Translations under genes and position numbers: made by a program
Part shown: in pieces, positions 1-9,542 of the stretch
Position numbering within the stretch: the first letter of the stretch is position 1
Layout: the number at the start of each line of letters is the position of its first letter
Origin: Acidobacteriota bacterium
GTDB taxonomy: Bacteria > Acidobacteriota > Thermoanaerobaculia > Multivoradales > UBA5704
Assembly: GCA_040005235.1 (NCBI GenBank)
Contig: JBDTZG010000054.1
Location: forward strand, 1-36,546
DNA: 36,546 nucleotides
Direction: 5' to 3'
Notes under the pieces: generated by a model
Told to the model about the DNA's origin: nothing
Seen by the model: only the letters and a program-made list of their open reading frames with translations
Databases searched by the model: none

Positions 1-95
1 AGGGCGTAGAACATGAACGCGTCGTCCGAATCGGGACTGTGCGCGATGCGAACGGGGAGGTCTTCAGGTGTCGGGGCGTTGGCGGTCTCTGTCAT
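1..95 (-). CDS. mqnD: 1,4-dihydroxy-6-naphthoate synthase (futalosine menaquinone pathway, MqnA/MqnD family), 5' part only; runs off the window start
   Basis: Not in the ORF track. My minus-strand translation from ATG at 95 gives MTETANAPTPEDLPVRIAHSPDSDDAFMFYA(L). HSPDxDDAFMFYAL is the characteristic N-terminal motif of MqnD-type proteins. Confidence 0.8.
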   Translation of the reverse strand, partial: MTETANAPTPEDLPVRIAHSPDSDDAFMFYA

Positions 96-110
96 GGCGG
101 CGGAAGGGTA

Positions 111-1040
111 TCACCCCAGATTCAGGTCTACGTCCCGTTCGAGCTGAGCCAGCAGCGCCTTGTCCTCGCGCCAGTTCGGTTCGAGCTTCACCTGGAGGTC
201 GAGGAAGACCTTCTTGCCCAGGTACTGCTCTAGATCCATCCTTGCCGCGGTGCCGATCTCTTTGATTTTCGCGCCGCCGCGGCCGATCAGGATCGACTTC
301 TGGCCCGGTTTTTCGACCAGCAGCGAGGCCCAGATCTTCACCAGACCGGGCTTGGTCGGCGGGGTCGATTCCTCGTCCTCCCAGCGTTCGAGCAGGACGG
401 CGGTGGAAAACGGCAGCTCGTCTCGGGTGGCGTGCAGCATTTTTTCGCGGATCCGCTCGGTCACCAGGAAGCGCTCCGGGTGGATCGTCAGCAGCTCCGG
501 GTCGTACATCGCCTCACCTTCCCGGAGTGCCCCCCAGAGCTTTTCGAGCAGGATGTCGCAGCCGTCTCCCGTGCGCGCCGAGACGGGGATCACCTCGGAG
601 AACGTGGCGCCTTCGCCGTGGGCGGCGTATTTGGCAATCTTCGGCAGGAGCGTGTTCTTCTCCACCCGGTCGATCTTGTTGAGCAGCAGGATCTTCGGGC
701 TCTCTGCCTTGGCGACCAGGTCGAGCATGTAGGCGTCGCCGTTGCCGAACGGCTCGCTCGCGTCGACCAGCAGGCAGACGAGATCGGCGTCGTTCAAGGC
801 ATCGAGCGCGTGGCTCACCATCTGCTGATTCAAGCGGTGGAGCGGCCGGTGAACGCCCGGCGTGTCGTAGAAAACAATCTGGCCGCGGTCTTCCTTCGAG
901 AGGATTCCCACGATCCGATGGCGCGTGGTCTGCGGTTTGTCCGAGACGATCGCGAGCTTTTCGCCCAGCAGGCGGTTGAGCAGGGTGGACTTTCCCGCGT
1001 TCGGCCGCCCCACCAGGGCGACGGTTCCGGCTTTCGGCAT
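111..1040 (-). CDS. era: GTPase Era
   Basis: G1 GRPNAGKST, G2 PQTTR, G3 DTPG, G4 NKID, and a C-terminal KH domain (ILIGRGGAKIKEIG ... VFLDLQVK...NWR). Confidence 0.97.
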   Translation of the reverse strand: MPKAGTVALVGRPNAGKSTLLNRLLGEKLAIVSDKPQTTRHRIVGILSKEDRGQIVFYDTPGVHRPLHRLNQQMVSHALDALNDADLVCLLVDASEPFGNGDAYMLDLVAKAESPKILLLNKIDRVEKNTLLPKIAKYAAHGEGATFSEVIPVSARTGDGCDILLEKLWGALREGEAMYDPELLTIHPERFLVTERIREKMLHATRDELPFSTAVLLERWEDEESTPPTKPGLVKIWASLLVEKPGQKSILIGRGGAKIKEIGTAARMDLEQYLGKKVFLDLQVKLEPNWREDKALLAQLERDVDLNLG

Positions 1041-2326
1041 CAGGCTTCCTCTTTCCTGGCATCCGGAGCATGGGCCGAGAGCGCCTCGACGACGACCGAC
1101 TGGATGCGGCGATCTTCCATGGATTCGACGACGAAACGGAGATCGCCCGCTTCGACCGTGTCGCCGACCTTCGGCACCCGGCCGAGCACCGAGAGCACGA
1201 GGCCGCCGACCGTTTCGACCTCGGCGTCGTCAAAATCGACGTCGAACATCTCTTCCAGCAGCTCCAGGCGGGCCTTTCCTTCAAGCCGGTAGCGCCCTTT
1301 CCCGAGCGGTTCGAGATCGGCGGCCAGCGCTTCGTGCTCGTCGGCGATCTCCCCCACGATCTCTTCGACCAGGTCTTCCACCGTCACCATGCCCGCCGTG
1401 CCACCGTGCTCGTCGACCACGATCGCCACCTGCTGGAAGCGGCGTTGCAGCTCGCGCAGCAGCTCGTCGAGGGTTTTGGTCTCCGGCACCAGGAGAGCGG
1501 GCTTCACCAAGCCGCGCGCCGACGTGGGCTGCCCCGCGCGGAGCGCGCGAAGCAAATCGCGGATGTGCAACACCCCGGCGATCTTGTCGATCGAGCCGTC
1601 GTAGAGCGGAATGCGCGAATGGCCCGAATCGACGAACCGATCGGCCAGGGCTTCCAGCGACGCGTCGACCGACGCGCAGATCATGTCGATCCGCGGGGTC
1701 ATCACGCTCTTGGCTTGGCGATTGGGAAAATCGACCACGTTCCAGACCCATTCCCCGGCCTCGGCTTCGAGGATGCCTTCGCTTTTCCCGACGTCGATAA
1801 ATGCCTCGATCTCTTCGTCCGAAACGTCGTCGTCGTCCTCGTCGTCATCCCGGCGATCCTTGCGGACCAAAATGTTCGAAGGAATCAAAAGCGAAACCAG
1901 GGCGATCGGCGCCAAGAGCAGCGCATAGATCGCCCGATAGGCCCGGGTGAGCACTTCGAGCGCCCGATCGGCCGAACGGGCGACGAACAGGCGATTCGCG
2001 GTCTCCGTCGCGGCAAGCTCCAGGGCGACGAAGCCGAGCGCGATCCAGCCGGCTCCCGGCAGACCGAAACCCGCGGCCAGGCGCCAGAGCACGAGAAACA
2101 GACCGATCGGCGCCAGGCGCGCGAAAAGCGACAGCAGCGAGCGAAAGATGCCGAAGCGGAGGCGCGACTCGTACAAGGCGCGCAGATTGGCCCCCGCCTC
2201 TTCGGCCCAATGCGACAGGCGGATCGGGCCGCTCCGCTCAAGCAGAGCCGAGAGCACCGAAAGCAGGATCGCGAGCGGCAGGGCGAGCACCGCGAGCCAA
2301 AGCCAGAGGGTGGGAAATTCGCTCAT
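1040..2326 (-). CDS. Hemolysin-family / CorC-HlyC transporter-associated protein (N-terminal TM CNNM-like region, CBS pair, CorC_HlyC domain)
   Basis: Hydrophobic N-terminal helices, then [48 protein letters not shown] and ETVGGLV...LGRVPKVGD. Lies in the usual position between ybeY and era, overlapping both. Confidence 0.9.
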   Translation of the reverse strand: MSEFPTLWLWLAVLALPLAILLSVLSALLERSGPIRLSHWAEEAGANLRALYESRLRFGIFRSLLSLFARLAPIGLFLVLWRLAAGFGLPGAGWIALGFVALELAATETANRLFVARSADRALEVLTRAYRAIYALLLAPIALVSLLIPSNILVRKDRRDDDEDDDDVSDEEIEAFIDVGKSEGILEAEAGEWVWNVVDFPNRQAKSVMTPRIDMICASVDASLEALADRFVDSGHSRIPLYDGSIDKIAGVLHIRDLLRALRAGQPTSARGLVKPALLVPETKTLDELLRELQRRFQQVAIVVDEHGGTAGMVTVEDLVEEIVGEIADEHEALAADLEPLGKGRYRLEGKARLELLEEMFDVDFDDAEVETVGGLVLSVLGRVPKVGDTVEAGDLRFVVESMEDRRIQSVVVEALSAHAPDARKEEA

Positions 2327-2778
2327 CGCGCGCTCGACAGAAGCTTTTTCCTCAAGCGCCGTTCGAGCCGCTCCATCGCTCCGTCGTCGGTCTCATGGTC
2401 GTGGCCCAGGCAGTGGAGAATGCCGTGGAGGAGCAGGATCTCCACCTCGCGCTCCGCCTCGTGCCCCGCTTCGAGCGCCTGATCGCGCGCCCGCGGCACG
2501 GATATCAATACGTCGCCCAGGTGGCCGTCTCCCTCTTCGCCGGGAAACGACAGCACGTCGGTCGCATAATCCTTGTCGCGGTACTCCCGGTTGGCCCGAC
2601 GCAACTCGCGATCCCCCGCGAACCGGACACCGAAGCTAAGAGCCTCCGGAGCGATCTCGTCGAGAACCCGTTCGAGCCAGGGGCGTACGCGGCCCACCGC
2701 CGCCTCCGGATAGCGGTTCGGGTTCAGAATCGCGATCTCGCGCTCGGGCGTATCGGGCGATGCCGGCTCCGCCATCAT
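2323..2778 (-). CDS. ybeY: rRNA maturation endoribonuclease YbeY
   Basis: NREYRDKDYATDVLSF, LGDVLIS, and the metal motif HGILHCLGHDHE. Confidence 0.96.
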   Translation of the reverse strand: MMAEPASPDTPEREIAILNPNRYPEAAVGRVRPWLERVLDEIAPEALSFGVRFAGDRELRRANREYRDKDYATDVLSFPGEEGDGHLGDVLISVPRARDQALEAGHEAEREVEILLLHGILHCLGHDHETDDGAMERLERRLRKKLLSSAR

Positions 2779-3761
2779 AGGGGGCTCTCGGCCGCCGGCT
2801 CCTCGGCGCGCGGCGCGCGCTGCAGCTCGAAACTCTCGTACGCCGTGACGATCTTCTGCACCAGCGGGTGGCGCACCACATCGCGTTTGTCGAAGAAGAA
2901 GAACTTGATCCCTTCGACCCTTTCGAGCACGACCTGCGCCTCGCGTAGACCCGAGGTGTTGCCGCGCGGCAGGTCGATCTGCGTGATGTCGCCGTTGATC
3001 ACTGCTTTCGAGCCATAGCCGATCCGGGTCAGGAACATCTTCATCTGCTCGGTCGTGGTGTTCTGCGCCTCGTCCAGGATGATGAAGCTTTCGTTCAACG
3101 TCCGCCCGCGCATGAAGGCGATCGGCGCCACCTCGATGATGCCCCGCTCGAGCATTCGGCCGACTTTCTCGTAACCGATGATGTCGTAGAGCGCGTCGTA
3201 GAGCGGACGCAGGTAGGGATTGACTTTCTCGACCAGATCGCCGGGCAGGAAACCGAGCTTCTCGCCCGCTTCGACCGCAGGACGGGCGAGCACGATTCGC
3301 TTGACCTTCTTCTCCAACAGGCTCGCCGCGGCCATCGCGGTCGCGAGGTAGGTTTTGCCGGTGCCCGCGGGGCCGATCGAGATCACCAGATCGTTCTCGA
3401 CCATCGCCTTCAGGTAGAGCTGTTGACGGTAGGTGCGCGGCGCCACCATCCGGCGGACCACGGCGAGCAGGCCGTCGGGGAGGAAGAAATCGACCAGCGA
3501 CGTCTCGGGCGCCTCGGCGGCGACGCGAATCGCGGTCACCAGCTCGCCCGGGCGGAAGCGATAGCCGCGCTCGACGATCGTGCCGAGATCGGCGAACAGC
3601 CGTTCGACCTTGGCGACTTGCAGGGGATCGCCATCGATCCGCAGCTCAGTCCCGCGGGCGGCGACGGTGACGCCGAACGTCGATTCGAGCCGGCGGAGGT
3701 TGTCTTCCTGAATGCCGAACAGTTCGTCGAGCCCCTGGTCGGCAAGGGTCATCTGAGCCAT
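2775..3761 (-). CDS. phoH: PhoH-family ATPase (YbeZ-like), about 328 aa
   Basis: GPAGTGKTYLA, RPAVEAGEKLGFLPGDL, AFMRGRTL, ILDEAQN, GDITQIDLP, DVVRHPLV. Start moved from the 4610 ORF start to ATG 3761 (MAQMTL), which has AAGGA upstream and avoids overlap with tatC. Confidence 0.95.
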   Translation of the reverse strand: MAQMTLADQGLDELFGIQEDNLRRLESTFGVTVAARGTELRIDGDPLQVAKVERLFADLGTIVERGYRFRPGELVTAIRVAAEAPETSLVDFFLPDGLLAVVRRMVAPRTYRQQLYLKAMVENDLVISIGPAGTGKTYLATAMAAASLLEKKVKRIVLARPAVEAGEKLGFLPGDLVEKVNPYLRPLYDALYDIIGYEKVGRMLERGIIEVAPIAFMRGRTLNESFIILDEAQNTTTEQMKMFLTRIGYGSKAVINGDITQIDLPRGNTSGLREAQVVLERVEGIKFFFFDKRDVVRHPLVQKIVTAYESFELQRAPRAEEPAAESPL

Positions 3762-3897
3762 CGAAAATCCTTGGAGGTCGGGGCCGCGAAGCGCCGAGCG
3801 AAGAGGTCTGCCGGTTCTGGGGTCGGAGAGTGCACGGTGCGGATCGCCGCAGCCGAAACCCGGATCAAAGCGGGCGGATCGGCCTACGGGAACGAGG

Positions 3898-3906
3898 AGT
3901 CTAGCA
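3898..3906 (-). promoter_or_regulatory. Putative extended -10 promoter (TGCTAGACT) for the phoH-ybeY-corC-era operon
   Basis: TGn-TAGACT on the minus strand in the 190-bp tatC-phoH gap. It implies a 5' UTR of about 130 nt. Confidence 0.4.
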
Positions 3907-3952
3907 AATTCGCTGCCGCCGCAGGTGGCCTGATCGCTGTGCGATCGTGGCA

Positions 3953-4750
3953 CTACCCGTCGAGCGCTTCTTTCGCCTTGGACTTCTCCCGATTCCGCAC
4001 CACCAGCGCCGCAGCCCCGACGCCGAGCAGGTAGAGGCCGATGCCGGGGAGCATGAACATCATCATGTTGACGATGTCGGGGGTCGGGGTGAGGATCGCG
4101 GCGGCGATCGCGATCAACACCACCGCGTGACGGAAGTACTTCATCAGGGTGCGCGGCCGGACCAGGCCGATCCACGCGGCGAGAAAAATCACGGTCGGCA
4201 GCTCGAACATCAGTCCGAGCCCGAGGATCACGGTGAGCAGGAAGTTGATGTAGCGCGCGATCTCGATAACGGGAGTGAACTGCTGCCCCATCTGAAGCAG
4301 GAAGCGCACGGCGTTGGGGAACGCCACGTAGTAGCCGAACGCGCCGCCCGCGACAAAGAACGCGGTACCGAAGAAGATGAAGGGGATCGCGAACCGCTTC
4401 TCTTTTCGGTAGAGCGCGGGCGAGATGAAGCTCCACAGCTGGTAGATCAGGAACGGCGCGGAGAGGAAGACCGCCGCGAGGGCCGCCACCTTGAAATAGA
4501 GGATGAACGGGTCGGTCACACCGAAAAACGCCAGATTCGTCCCCTGCGGCAGCTGTTTCTTGATCGGCTGAGCGAGGAAAGTGAAGATCTCCTGGACGTA
4601 ATACCAGCAAGGCGCGAACGCGACCGCGACGATCACCAGCGTTTGGAGAATGCGCTTGCGCAGCTCTTCGAGGTGCGCCAGAAGCGACATCCGCGGCAGA
4701 TCGTCCGTGGCGGGCGGTACCGCCGCCAGGCGTTTGGCTTCTTGTGGCAT
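3953..4750 (-). CDS. tatC: Twin-arginine translocase subunit TatC
   Basis: MSLLAHLEELRKRI, YQLWSFISPALYRKEK, GLMFELP, AAILTPTPD; about six TM segments. Confidence 0.97.
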   Translation of the reverse strand: MPQEAKRLAAVPPATDDLPRMSLLAHLEELRKRILQTLVIVAVAFAPCWYYVQEIFTFLAQPIKKQLPQGTNLAFFGVTDPFILYFKVAALAAVFLSAPFLIYQLWSFISPALYRKEKRFAIPFIFFGTAFFVAGGAFGYYVAFPNAVRFLLQMGQQFTPVIEIARYINFLLTVILGLGLMFELPTVIFLAAWIGLVRPRTLMKYFRHAVVLIAIAAAILTPTPDIVNMMMFMLPGIGLYLLGVGAAALVVRNREKSKAKEALDG

Positions 4751-4768
4751 CGTTGGGGTTCCGCAGGC

Positions 4769-5218
4769 TTAAGCCGGCTCGACGGGGGCGGACGACGGTT
4801 CCGCAGTACGGGCGGCCGGGGACGGCTCGCCAGCCGCCACCGCCGGATCGTCTTCCGGATCGACCACGTTGTTGAGCGGACGGTTCAGCACCGCGGCCAT
4901 TTCAGCCGCCTCGTCCACCTCTTCAGCGCCGATCGCTCCGCCACGGGCCAAGGCCCCCGCTGGGGGCGTGCGTGCGGTCGCCGCCTCGTTTTCCGCCTCG
5001 CCGAGCGAAACGCGGCGCGGATACTGCACAGGGCGCGGGTCGTCTTCGAGCGCCAGCTCCGCATTGACCGTCCGCTGAATCTCGGACGTGGCACGGCGGA
5101 ATTCGGCGAGACCTTTGCCCACAGTACGACCGATCTCGGGCAGGCGCTTCGGCCCAAAAATGAGCAGCGCCAGCACGAGAATGAAGATGATTTCTGGAAC
5201 TCCGAGCGATCCGAGCAT
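4769..5218 (-). CDS. tatA: Twin-arginine translocase TatA/TatB-family subunit
   Basis: GSLGVPEIIFILVLALLIFGPKRLPEIGRTVGKGLAEFRRA followed by a long acidic, Pro/Ala-rich tail; directly upstream of tatC. TatA versus TatB cannot be resolved by eye. Confidence 0.88.
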   Translation of the reverse strand: MLGSLGVPEIIFILVLALLIFGPKRLPEIGRTVGKGLAEFRRATSEIQRTVNAELALEDDPRPVQYPRRVSLGEAENEAATARTPPAGALARGGAIGAEEVDEAAEMAAVLNRPLNNVVDPEDDPAVAAGEPSPAARTAEPSSAPVEPA

Positions 5219-5291
5219 AGCTTTCCGGCCCTACGGCCCTCCCTAGGGATGATTGGCTCGCAGGGCGGTCGAAGTCAAGCGGCCCCGACGC

Positions 5292-5300
5292 TGGTATGAT
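5292..5300 (+). promoter_or_regulatory. Extended -10 element TGGTATGAT 8 nt before the ctpA ATG (leaderless-type start)
   Basis: TGn-TATGAT then CTTCCGCC-ATG, with no Shine-Dalgarno sequence. Confidence 0.55.
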
Positions 5301-5308
5301 CTTCCGCC

Positions 5309-6922
5309 ATGAGACGCTCCTTTAAGATCGCCGCGATCGCCGCCTTCCTCGTCATTCTCCTCGTCGGCGGCCTATGGGGCGACCGGCTGCTCGCGCTATC
5401 CGACGAGGCGCGCGACGGGCTTCGCCTCTATACCGAGCTGGTCACCCTCGCGCATGACCGCTATGGCGCCGAGGTGACCTACAGGGATCTGGTCTTCTCC
5501 TCCGTCGAGGGGATGCTTCGGACGCTCGACCCGCATACCAACTTCCTGCCGCCCGACGCCTACACCGGAATGCGCGAGAAGCAGCAGGCGAGCTTTTACG
5601 GGCTCGGCATCCTGGTCGGCTCGCGCAACAGCCAGCTCACCGTGATCTCGCCGATCGAGGGGACGCCGGCCTCGCGCATGGGCGTCCAGGCGGGCGACGT
5701 CATTTCGACCATTGAGGGCGAGCCGACCTCGAAGATGTCGATCGACGACGCGGTTTCGAAGCTCAAAGGCCCGAAAGGTACCCAGGTGAAGATCTCCCTG
5801 GTCCGCCGAGGTCTGCCCGATCCGCTGGAGATGTCGATCACCCGCGCCGAGATCCCGCAGACCACCGTCCGGCAGGCCTACATGCTCACCCCGGAGACCG
5901 GCTACATCCAGCTCAGCGAGTTCTCGCGCTCGACCGGCAAGGAGATGGCCGAAGCGATTCAGAAGCTCCAGGGCCAGGGAATGAAGCAGCTGTTGATCGA
6001 CCTCAGAAACAACGGCGGCGGCCTGCTCGATCAGGCGATCGACGCGGCCGAGCAATTCGTGCCCGAAGGGGCGTCGATCGTCGAGACCCGCGGCCGGACC
6101 CGCGACTCGTTCCAGACCTACGAGGCGAGCGGCCGGCATTCGCCGCTCGGCAAACCGGTCGTCGTGCTGGTCAACGAAGGGACGGCTTCGGCCTCCGAGA
6201 TCCTTTCCGGCGCGATCCAGGATCACGACGTCGGCTTGGTGGTCGGCACCCAGAGCTGGGGTAAGGGGCTGGTGCAGACGGTCTACGGCCTCTCCTACGG
6301 CGCGGGCTTGGCGCTCACCACGGCCAAGTACTACACGCCGTCCGGCCGGCTGATCCAGCGCGATTACAGCTCTTATTACGACTACTACGCGCACGTCGAG
6401 CCGGCGGCACCCGGAACCCCCCCGGCGCCCGGCGCCAAGCCGCGCGAGATTTTCCATACCGATCTCGGCCGCGAGGTCTACGGGGAGGGCGGCATCACGC
6501 CGGACGTGACCGCCGAGCCGGACAAGCTCGGAGCGTTCGAGCAGTTCCTACTGGCGAGGAACGCCTACGTGAACTTCGCGCTCGACTACCACCTGCGCCA
6601 CAAGGCGACCTCGATCGACTGGCAGCCGACCGAGGACGTGGTCGAGCCGTTCCGCCAATGGCTGATCCAGGAAAAGATCGCCACGGCCAAGGAAGTGGCC
6701 GACGGGATCAAGACCCAAGACGCCACCGACTTCGCCCGCCTACAGATCCGCGCCGAGGTCCTGAACGTTGATTTCGGCCAAGAGGCCCGGTCGCGCGCGC
6801 TCACCCAGGCGGACAAGCAGATCGCCCAAGCGCTCGCCCAATTCCCGAAAGCCGCGACCCTGCTCGCCCAGCGCCGTGGCCTGGAGAACAAGGAAAAGCA
6901 CGCGGTCGCGACGAAACTGTAG
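5309..6922 (+). CDS. ctpA: S41-family carboxy-terminal processing protease (PDZ plus peptidase S41)
   Basis: N-terminal signal/anchor, LDPHT, FYGLGI, PDZ region (GTPASRMGVQAGDVI), IDLRNNGGGLL, catalytic TASASEI and SWGKGLVQ, TTAKYYTPSGRLIQ. Confidence 0.93.
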   Translation: MRRSFKIAAIAAFLVILLVGGLWGDRLLALSDEARDGLRLYTELVTLAHDRYGAEVTYRDLVFSSVEGMLRTLDPHTNFLPPDAYTGMREKQQASFYGLGILVGSRNSQLTVISPIEGTPASRMGVQAGDVISTIEGEPTSKMSIDDAVSKLKGPKGTQVKISLVRRGLPDPLEMSITRAEIPQTTVRQAYMLTPETGYIQLSEFSRSTGKEMAEAIQKLQGQGMKQLLIDLRNNGGGLLDQAIDAAEQFVPEGASIVETRGRTRDSFQTYEASGRHSPLGKPVVVLVNEGTASASEILSGAIQDHDVGLVVGTQSWGKGLVQTVYGLSYGAGLALTTAKYYTPSGRLIQRDYSSYYDYYAHVEPAAPGTPPAPGAKPREIFHTDLGREVYGEGGITPDVTAEPDKLGAFEQFLLARNAYVNFALDYHLRHKATSIDWQPTEDVVEPFRQWLIQEKIATAKEVADGIKTQDATDFARLQIRAEVLNVDFGQEARSRALTQADKQIAQALAQFPKAATLLAQRRGLENKEKHAVATKL

Positions 6923-6939
6923 GCCGCCAAGCCTCAAAT

Positions 6940-6967
6940 GAGGGAGGGGACGAGCTTCCCCTCCCTC
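6940..6967 (+). terminator. Stem-loop after ctpA (possible terminator)
   Basis: GAGGGAGGGGA / TCCCCTCCCTC is a perfect 11-bp stem with a 6-nt loop, 17 nt after the stop. No U-tract. Confidence 0.5.
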
Positions 6968-7024
6968 GTCGCTTGGAATCCAGGGCGCTCACCACCCACG
7001 CCCTGGAGTAAGATCGCCGCCCCC

Positions 7025-8083
7025 ATGGCCTTCGAAATCAGCGAGGAGACTCGCAGGGGCTTTGCCGCCCTTGGCGAGATGGTGCGTGCCCAAGGCGGGA
7101 CGGGTCGCTGGCTGGTGCTCACCCACGACAACCCGGACCCTGACGCGCTCGCTTCGGCTCTGCTCCTTTCCCGGCTGCTCCGCATCACGTTCAAACAGCC
7201 GGTCACTGCGGCCTACGGCGGCCTGGTCGGGCGGGCCGAAAACCGCGAGATGGTGCGCGCACTCAAACTCCGGTTCAGCCACATCCGGCATCTCAACCTC
7301 AAGAAATACGCGCATTTCGCCCTGGTCGACACCCAGCCTCGAACCGGCAACAACCAGCTGCCCTCGGGAATCCATCCGACGATCGTGATCGATCATCACC
7401 CAATCCGCAAAGCGACGACCGTCGTTGCGTTCCACGATATCCGGCCGAACTATGGGGCGACCGCGACCATCCTCGCCGAATACATGACCGCTGCGGGCCT
7501 ACGCATTCCGCATTCGCTGGCGACCGCCCTGGTCTATGCAATCCGCTCGGAAACCCAGGATTTCGCCCGCGAGTTCGTCGGCCACGACAAGGCGGCCTAC
7601 GATCATTTCTTCTCGCTCGCCGACCATCGGCTGCTGGCGAAAATCCAGACCCCCCGCCTGCCGCTCTCTTACTTCGGCAACCTGCACGAGGCGCTCGAAA
7701 AGCTGGAGTGCGTCGACTCGCTGATCGTCTCTCATCTCGGCCGCGTCGAGCAGCCCGACATCGTCCCCGAGCTCGCCGATCTGCTGCTCCGCATGGAAGG
7801 CAAGACCTGGTCGCTTGCGACCGGCCTGTTTGAGGAGCGGATCTACCTTTCGATCCGCACCACCAACCCGCGCGCCGACGCCGGCACCCTCATGCGCCGA
7901 CTGATCGGCCGCCGCGGCAAAGGGGGAGGCCACGGTCGAACCGCGGGGGGCTGGCTCGACGCGAGCAAACTCAACGACGAAGACCGGGTCCGCGCGCAGC
8001 GCGACCTCGCGGACCGCCTGGCTCGCGAGTTAAAGAAGAACCCCGAAAAGATCGCCCGCGTGGTGCTGCGGCCGTCCGGGTGA
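7025..8083 (+). CDS. DHH/DHHA1-family phosphoesterase (NrnA-like), about 352 aa
   Basis: LTHDNPDPDA, LVD, IDHH, YGATATI and GKGGGH motifs. Start reassigned to ATG 7025 (MAFEIS), with TAAGAT 10 nt upstream. Confidence 0.9.
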   Translation: MAFEISEETRRGFAALGEMVRAQGGTGRWLVLTHDNPDPDALASALLLSRLLRITFKQPVTAAYGGLVGRAENREMVRALKLRFSHIRHLNLKKYAHFALVDTQPRTGNNQLPSGIHPTIVIDHHPIRKATTVVAFHDIRPNYGATATILAEYMTAAGLRIPHSLATALVYAIRSETQDFAREFVGHDKAAYDHFFSLADHRLLAKIQTPRLPLSYFGNLHEALEKLECVDSLIVSHLGRVEQPDIVPELADLLLRMEGKTWSLATGLFEERIYLSIRTTNPRADAGTLMRRLIGRRGKGGGHGRTAGGWLDASKLNDEDRVRAQRDLADRLARELKKNPEKIARVVLRPSG

Positions 8084-8154
8084 GCTTGACCGCGCGGAGG
8101 ATCGCCGCGATCGCGGTCGCGTCCCTCCGACGCACAAGATTCGATTCCGCAGTT

Positions 8155-8260
8155 TGACGGCAATCTTTGCCGTCGCCCTCAAACATTCGTCCAGCAACTC
8201 AGCCCGCCAGTGCCTTCTTCTCCTGACGGCAGCCGGTGCCGGCCGGGCATCGATCTCGCA
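8155..8260 (+). promoter_or_regulatory. Two copies of the dyad TGACGGCA-N5-TGCCG(T/G)C plus a possible sigma54 -24/-12 site
   Basis: 8155-8175 TGACGGCAATCTTTGCCGTCG; 8224-8244 TGACGGCAGCCGGTGCCGGCC; 8245-8260 GGGCATCGATCTCGCA has GG-N10-GC spacing. Confidence 0.35.
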
Positions 8261-8342
8261 TTTTGGGCGTAGGGATCGCCGCCTCCGGGGGTTCCAATTG
8301 CGACCGGGGGCTTGCCTCAATAAGCCTTTCAAAGGAGACATC

Positions 8343-8903
8343 ATGAAACGACTACTCGCTATCGCCGGCCTTCTGGCTTTGACCTTGGGCCCCATGGCGC
8401 CGTCCGCGGAGGCTGCCCATGTTCGGGTCGTGCGTCGCGTACATCGCACCCGCGTCGTCATTCATTCGGGCTTTCCGATCCATCGAGTGTTGCCGCAGGT
8501 CTACATTCGCCCTCCCCACATCGCGATTCGCGTCACGCCGCGCGTCTTCCTGCCGCCCGTCGTGTTCGGAGCCGGGATCGCCGCCAACATCCCCGACGGA
8601 CCGCGTGCCTGGCAGGAAGATGAAACTCTCAGCCGCGCCGACAGTTGGACCGAGTTCTCGTTGAACGTCAATGCGCGGGGCTCGCGCTTGTTGCTCGACG
8701 TCACGGGCGGCCCGGCCCAGATCAGCTTCGCCGAAGTGGTCTTCGAGAACGGCGAAACGCAGGTGGTCGATTTCAACGATCGGGCACAAAAGCTCGGGGT
8801 CTATAACCTTCTCGACTTCCGGGATGGCCGACAGATCGATCACGTCCGCCTCGTCGCGAAAGCGAGCGACCAGCAGACCACGATCGGCCTCCGTCTCCTC
8901 TAG
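8343..8903 (+). CDS. Secreted hypothetical protein (186 aa): Arg/Val/Pro-rich N-part plus beta-rich C-domain (loosely DUF2541-like)
   Basis: Strong RBS AAAGGAG before ATG 8343; signal peptide MKRLLAIAGLLALTLGPMAPSAEA; C-terminal ISFAEVVFENGETQ...LDFRDGRQIDHVRL. Confidence 0.75.
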   Translation: MKRLLAIAGLLALTLGPMAPSAEAAHVRVVRRVHRTRVVIHSGFPIHRVLPQVYIRPPHIAIRVTPRVFLPPVVFGAGIAANIPDGPRAWQEDETLSRADSWTEFSLNVNARGSRLLLDVTGGPAQISFAEVVFENGETQVVDFNDRAQKLGVYNLLDFRDGRQIDHVRLVAKASDQQTTIGLRLL

Positions 8904-8920
8904 ATCCCAGCGTTCGGGTC

Positions 8921-8961
8921 CCCCCTCTGGCTCGCGGCGAACGGGTGAGAGGGGGCGCTTT
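8921..8961 (+). terminator. Stem-loop between convergent genes
   Basis: CCCCCTCT (8921-28) pairs with AGAGGGGG (8948-55) and is followed by CGCTTT. Confidence 0.45.
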
Positions 8962-9542
8962 TACCCGATCCGCGAAAGGGAGAACATGAACAGCACCAGA
9001 AGCCAGCCCAGCAGGGTGAGCGCCCCCTGCACGCGCCAGATTCTTTCTTGGGCGGCGATCGCGTCTTCCAGAGAGCGAGTCGGCTCGGCACCACGGATCC
9101 GCTCGATGGCGTTGGCGTAGTCTTTGAGCAGCAGGAACGAGAACGCGCTGACCGCGAGCGCCGCGGCGAATGAGATCAAGGTCCGGTTGTCCACCCTCTC
9201 GCGCAGCGAGTCGATCGTTAAGTAGGCGAAGATTCCACCCGCCGCAAGAAGCAGAAAAGCGAAAGCCGAGGAGAACACGATGACCCGTACCCAGGAGCGG
9301 GTGTTCTCCAACGAGTCGATCATGGTTTCGGTGACGATCCCGTAGGGAGGTTTAGGCGGAACCGCACCGTGCCCCGAGAAATGCGCGACGGGGGTCGCCG
9401 TCGCGACCGTATCGTCCAACGAGCTCAAAACGGGAACCGCCGTCGAGGGGGACCGCACCCGCGCCTTGGCGACCAGTACGCCGCAACGCAGACACTCCGA
9501 GGCGTCCGGCGAAAGCTCGGTACCGCATTTTAGGCAGTTCAT
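8961..9542 (-). CDS. Zinc-ribbon plus membrane (DUF5362-like) protein, about 193 aa
   Basis: N-terminal CLKC-x10-CLRCG zinc ribbon; C-terminal L..TRSWVR + TM, LLKDYANAI...LEDAIAAQ..IWR..G + TM pattern. Start could instead be 9593. Confidence 0.65.
   Translation of the reverse strand: MNCLKCGTELSPDASECLRCGVLVAKARVRSPSTAVPVLSSLDDTVATATPVAHFSGHGAVPPKPPYGIVTETMIDSLENTRSWVRVIVFSSAFAFLLLAAGGIFAYLTIDSLRERVDNRTLISFAAALAVSAFSFLLLKDYANAIERIRGAEPTRSLEDAIAAQERIWRVQGALTLLGWLLVLFMFSLSRIG

Noticed and set aside
3762-4610. Apparent 280-aa N-terminal extension of PhoH (611-aa ORF)
   Set aside because: It overlaps tatC out of frame and is low-complexity. The PhoH homology and an RBS begin at 3761.
3953-5218. 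Dedicated link between tatA/tatC and the Tat-signal oxidase
   Set aside because: They are 30 kb apart and the tat genes sit in a housekeeping context, so co-occurrence is unremarkable.
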